From the NCBI GenBank assembly GCA_003427395.1, contig BFEA01000016.1:2874102-2938101 (forward strand): a stretch of DNA of 64,000 nt, written 5' to 3'. This document shows, one piece after another, positions 62,970 through 64,000 of this stretch. Both the position numbers and the translations under genes were made by a program. The DNA comes from Chara braunii (lineage: Eukaryota > Plantae > Charophyceae). The notes under the pieces are model-generated. The model saw nothing but the letters and a program-made list of their open reading frames with translations. It did not search any database and was not told where the DNA came from. How positions within the stretch are numbered: position 1 is the stretch's first letter; every line of letters starts with the position of its first letter.

Positions 62970-63848
62970 AAAGATCCCTTTCACATTATTCAGACAACCC
63001 CTGCCGGTACTTCAAAAGGTCCCTGCCAAAAATTGGCAAGGGTCCCATCAGCAGGAGAAGGGTGGATGTGGTGAGTAGTGGCCAGAGGCCCCTTGGGCCA
63101 CTGTACGTATTCAGATGAAGACAAAAAGAAAAAATCGAGAGAGCTACAGGCATCTTCACGGCCACTGTACGTAGTCAGAAGAAAACAAAAAGAAAAAAAA
63201 CGAGAGAGCTACGGGTATCTTCATCCTAACCCATAACTGCCGACATGCAGACCTGAATGCCAAACTTCAGCATATATTGGTGGTCGGCTGGACTCTCCAA
63301 ACATTACGTGTGCCCTCTGCCAGACAACGTGAGCACGGCACTACTGGTGAATTATACCCTTCTTGCAAATTCGTCCACCTCTGCGTGGGATTTGCAGAAG
63401 GAAAGGGGAAGTCCAGTTATCATACCCCACCCAAAAAGGAAAACCTAGAGGCTCAATGAGAACTTTTTTTTTTTTTTTTTTTTTTAATTTGACAATTTGT
63501 CAATTTCTCGATTTATGCGTGTCATCCTTGAAAGCGCAGGAGCCATGCTAATCTATCTTCTCTGCATCGTTCCAATTTTAACGGATGTCCCGAAGGACAA
63601 TGAGCCCTATTTTCATAATCAGCAAATTTTGAAATTTGTGGGGGAGCAGCCTGCAGAATTCAGAATTCGCAACCCTTGCCCAAAATTTTTTTTTTGCGCC
63701 AAGGGGCGCAGAACATGTTTTCCAGGGAGGGTGCCGTAGGAAATTACGGAAACCCTACTTTTTTTTTTTTTTTTTTTTACCTTAATTTTCCGGTGCGCTG
63801 CACGTGCGTCGTGCGCAAATCCGCGCACCGAGGTGTGCCGCAACTATG
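62742..63848. mobile_element. Possible hAT-family non-autonomous element
   Basis: TIR catacttgcggcaca versus reverse complement catagttgcggcaca (14/15), similar in style to the 25935 MITE; no TSD found. Confidence 0.5.
62833..62968. repeat. (AG)n microsatellite
   Basis: Direct reading. Confidence 0.95.
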
Positions 63849-64000
63849 GTTTTGTCGTTTGTTTTCGAACTCGCAACAAAGTTGTCTTGACTGGTGCCCT
63901 TCTTATGATTCACAAATGTATTGCTTTATTTTTCTCTGTTTTTTTTAATGTTTAACCGCCAATCCTTTTCTTCGAATTTCCTTTTTAAGCACTGATTCGG

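Noticed and set aside
1-64000. CRISPR arrays, rRNA, tRNA genes or prokaryotic operons
   Set aside because: None seen; the content is eukaryotic TE and intron sequence.

Overview
This window is eukaryotic, repeat-dominated genomic DNA with several N-gaps. The style of the elements suggests a streptophyte alga such as Chara, which is inference only. It contains at least six L1/Tx1-like non-LTR retrotransposon copies from two protein lineages, which I label A and B. One copy is full length with a 17-bp TSD, one is an apparent B/A chimera, and one carries a twin-priming 5' inversion. There is also a degenerate chromodomain-bearing Ty3/gypsy element (LTRs, PBS, PPT, 4-bp TSD) with a TA-TSD TIR element nested in gag, plus hAT-type and foldback MITEs and microsatellites. 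Six short + strand exons (54-99 bp) lie between the TEs and splice in phase into one open reading frame, so the window appears to be the TE-inflated introns of a host gene I do not recognise. The most striking signal is a ~180-nt RNA element just before the poly(A) of every LINE whose 3' end is visible. It is shared by both lineages and shows compensatory base changes in several helices. It is accompanied by conserved 5' hairpin motifs and an ORF1 with a CX2CX4HX6C knuckle followed by a Trp-rich domain.
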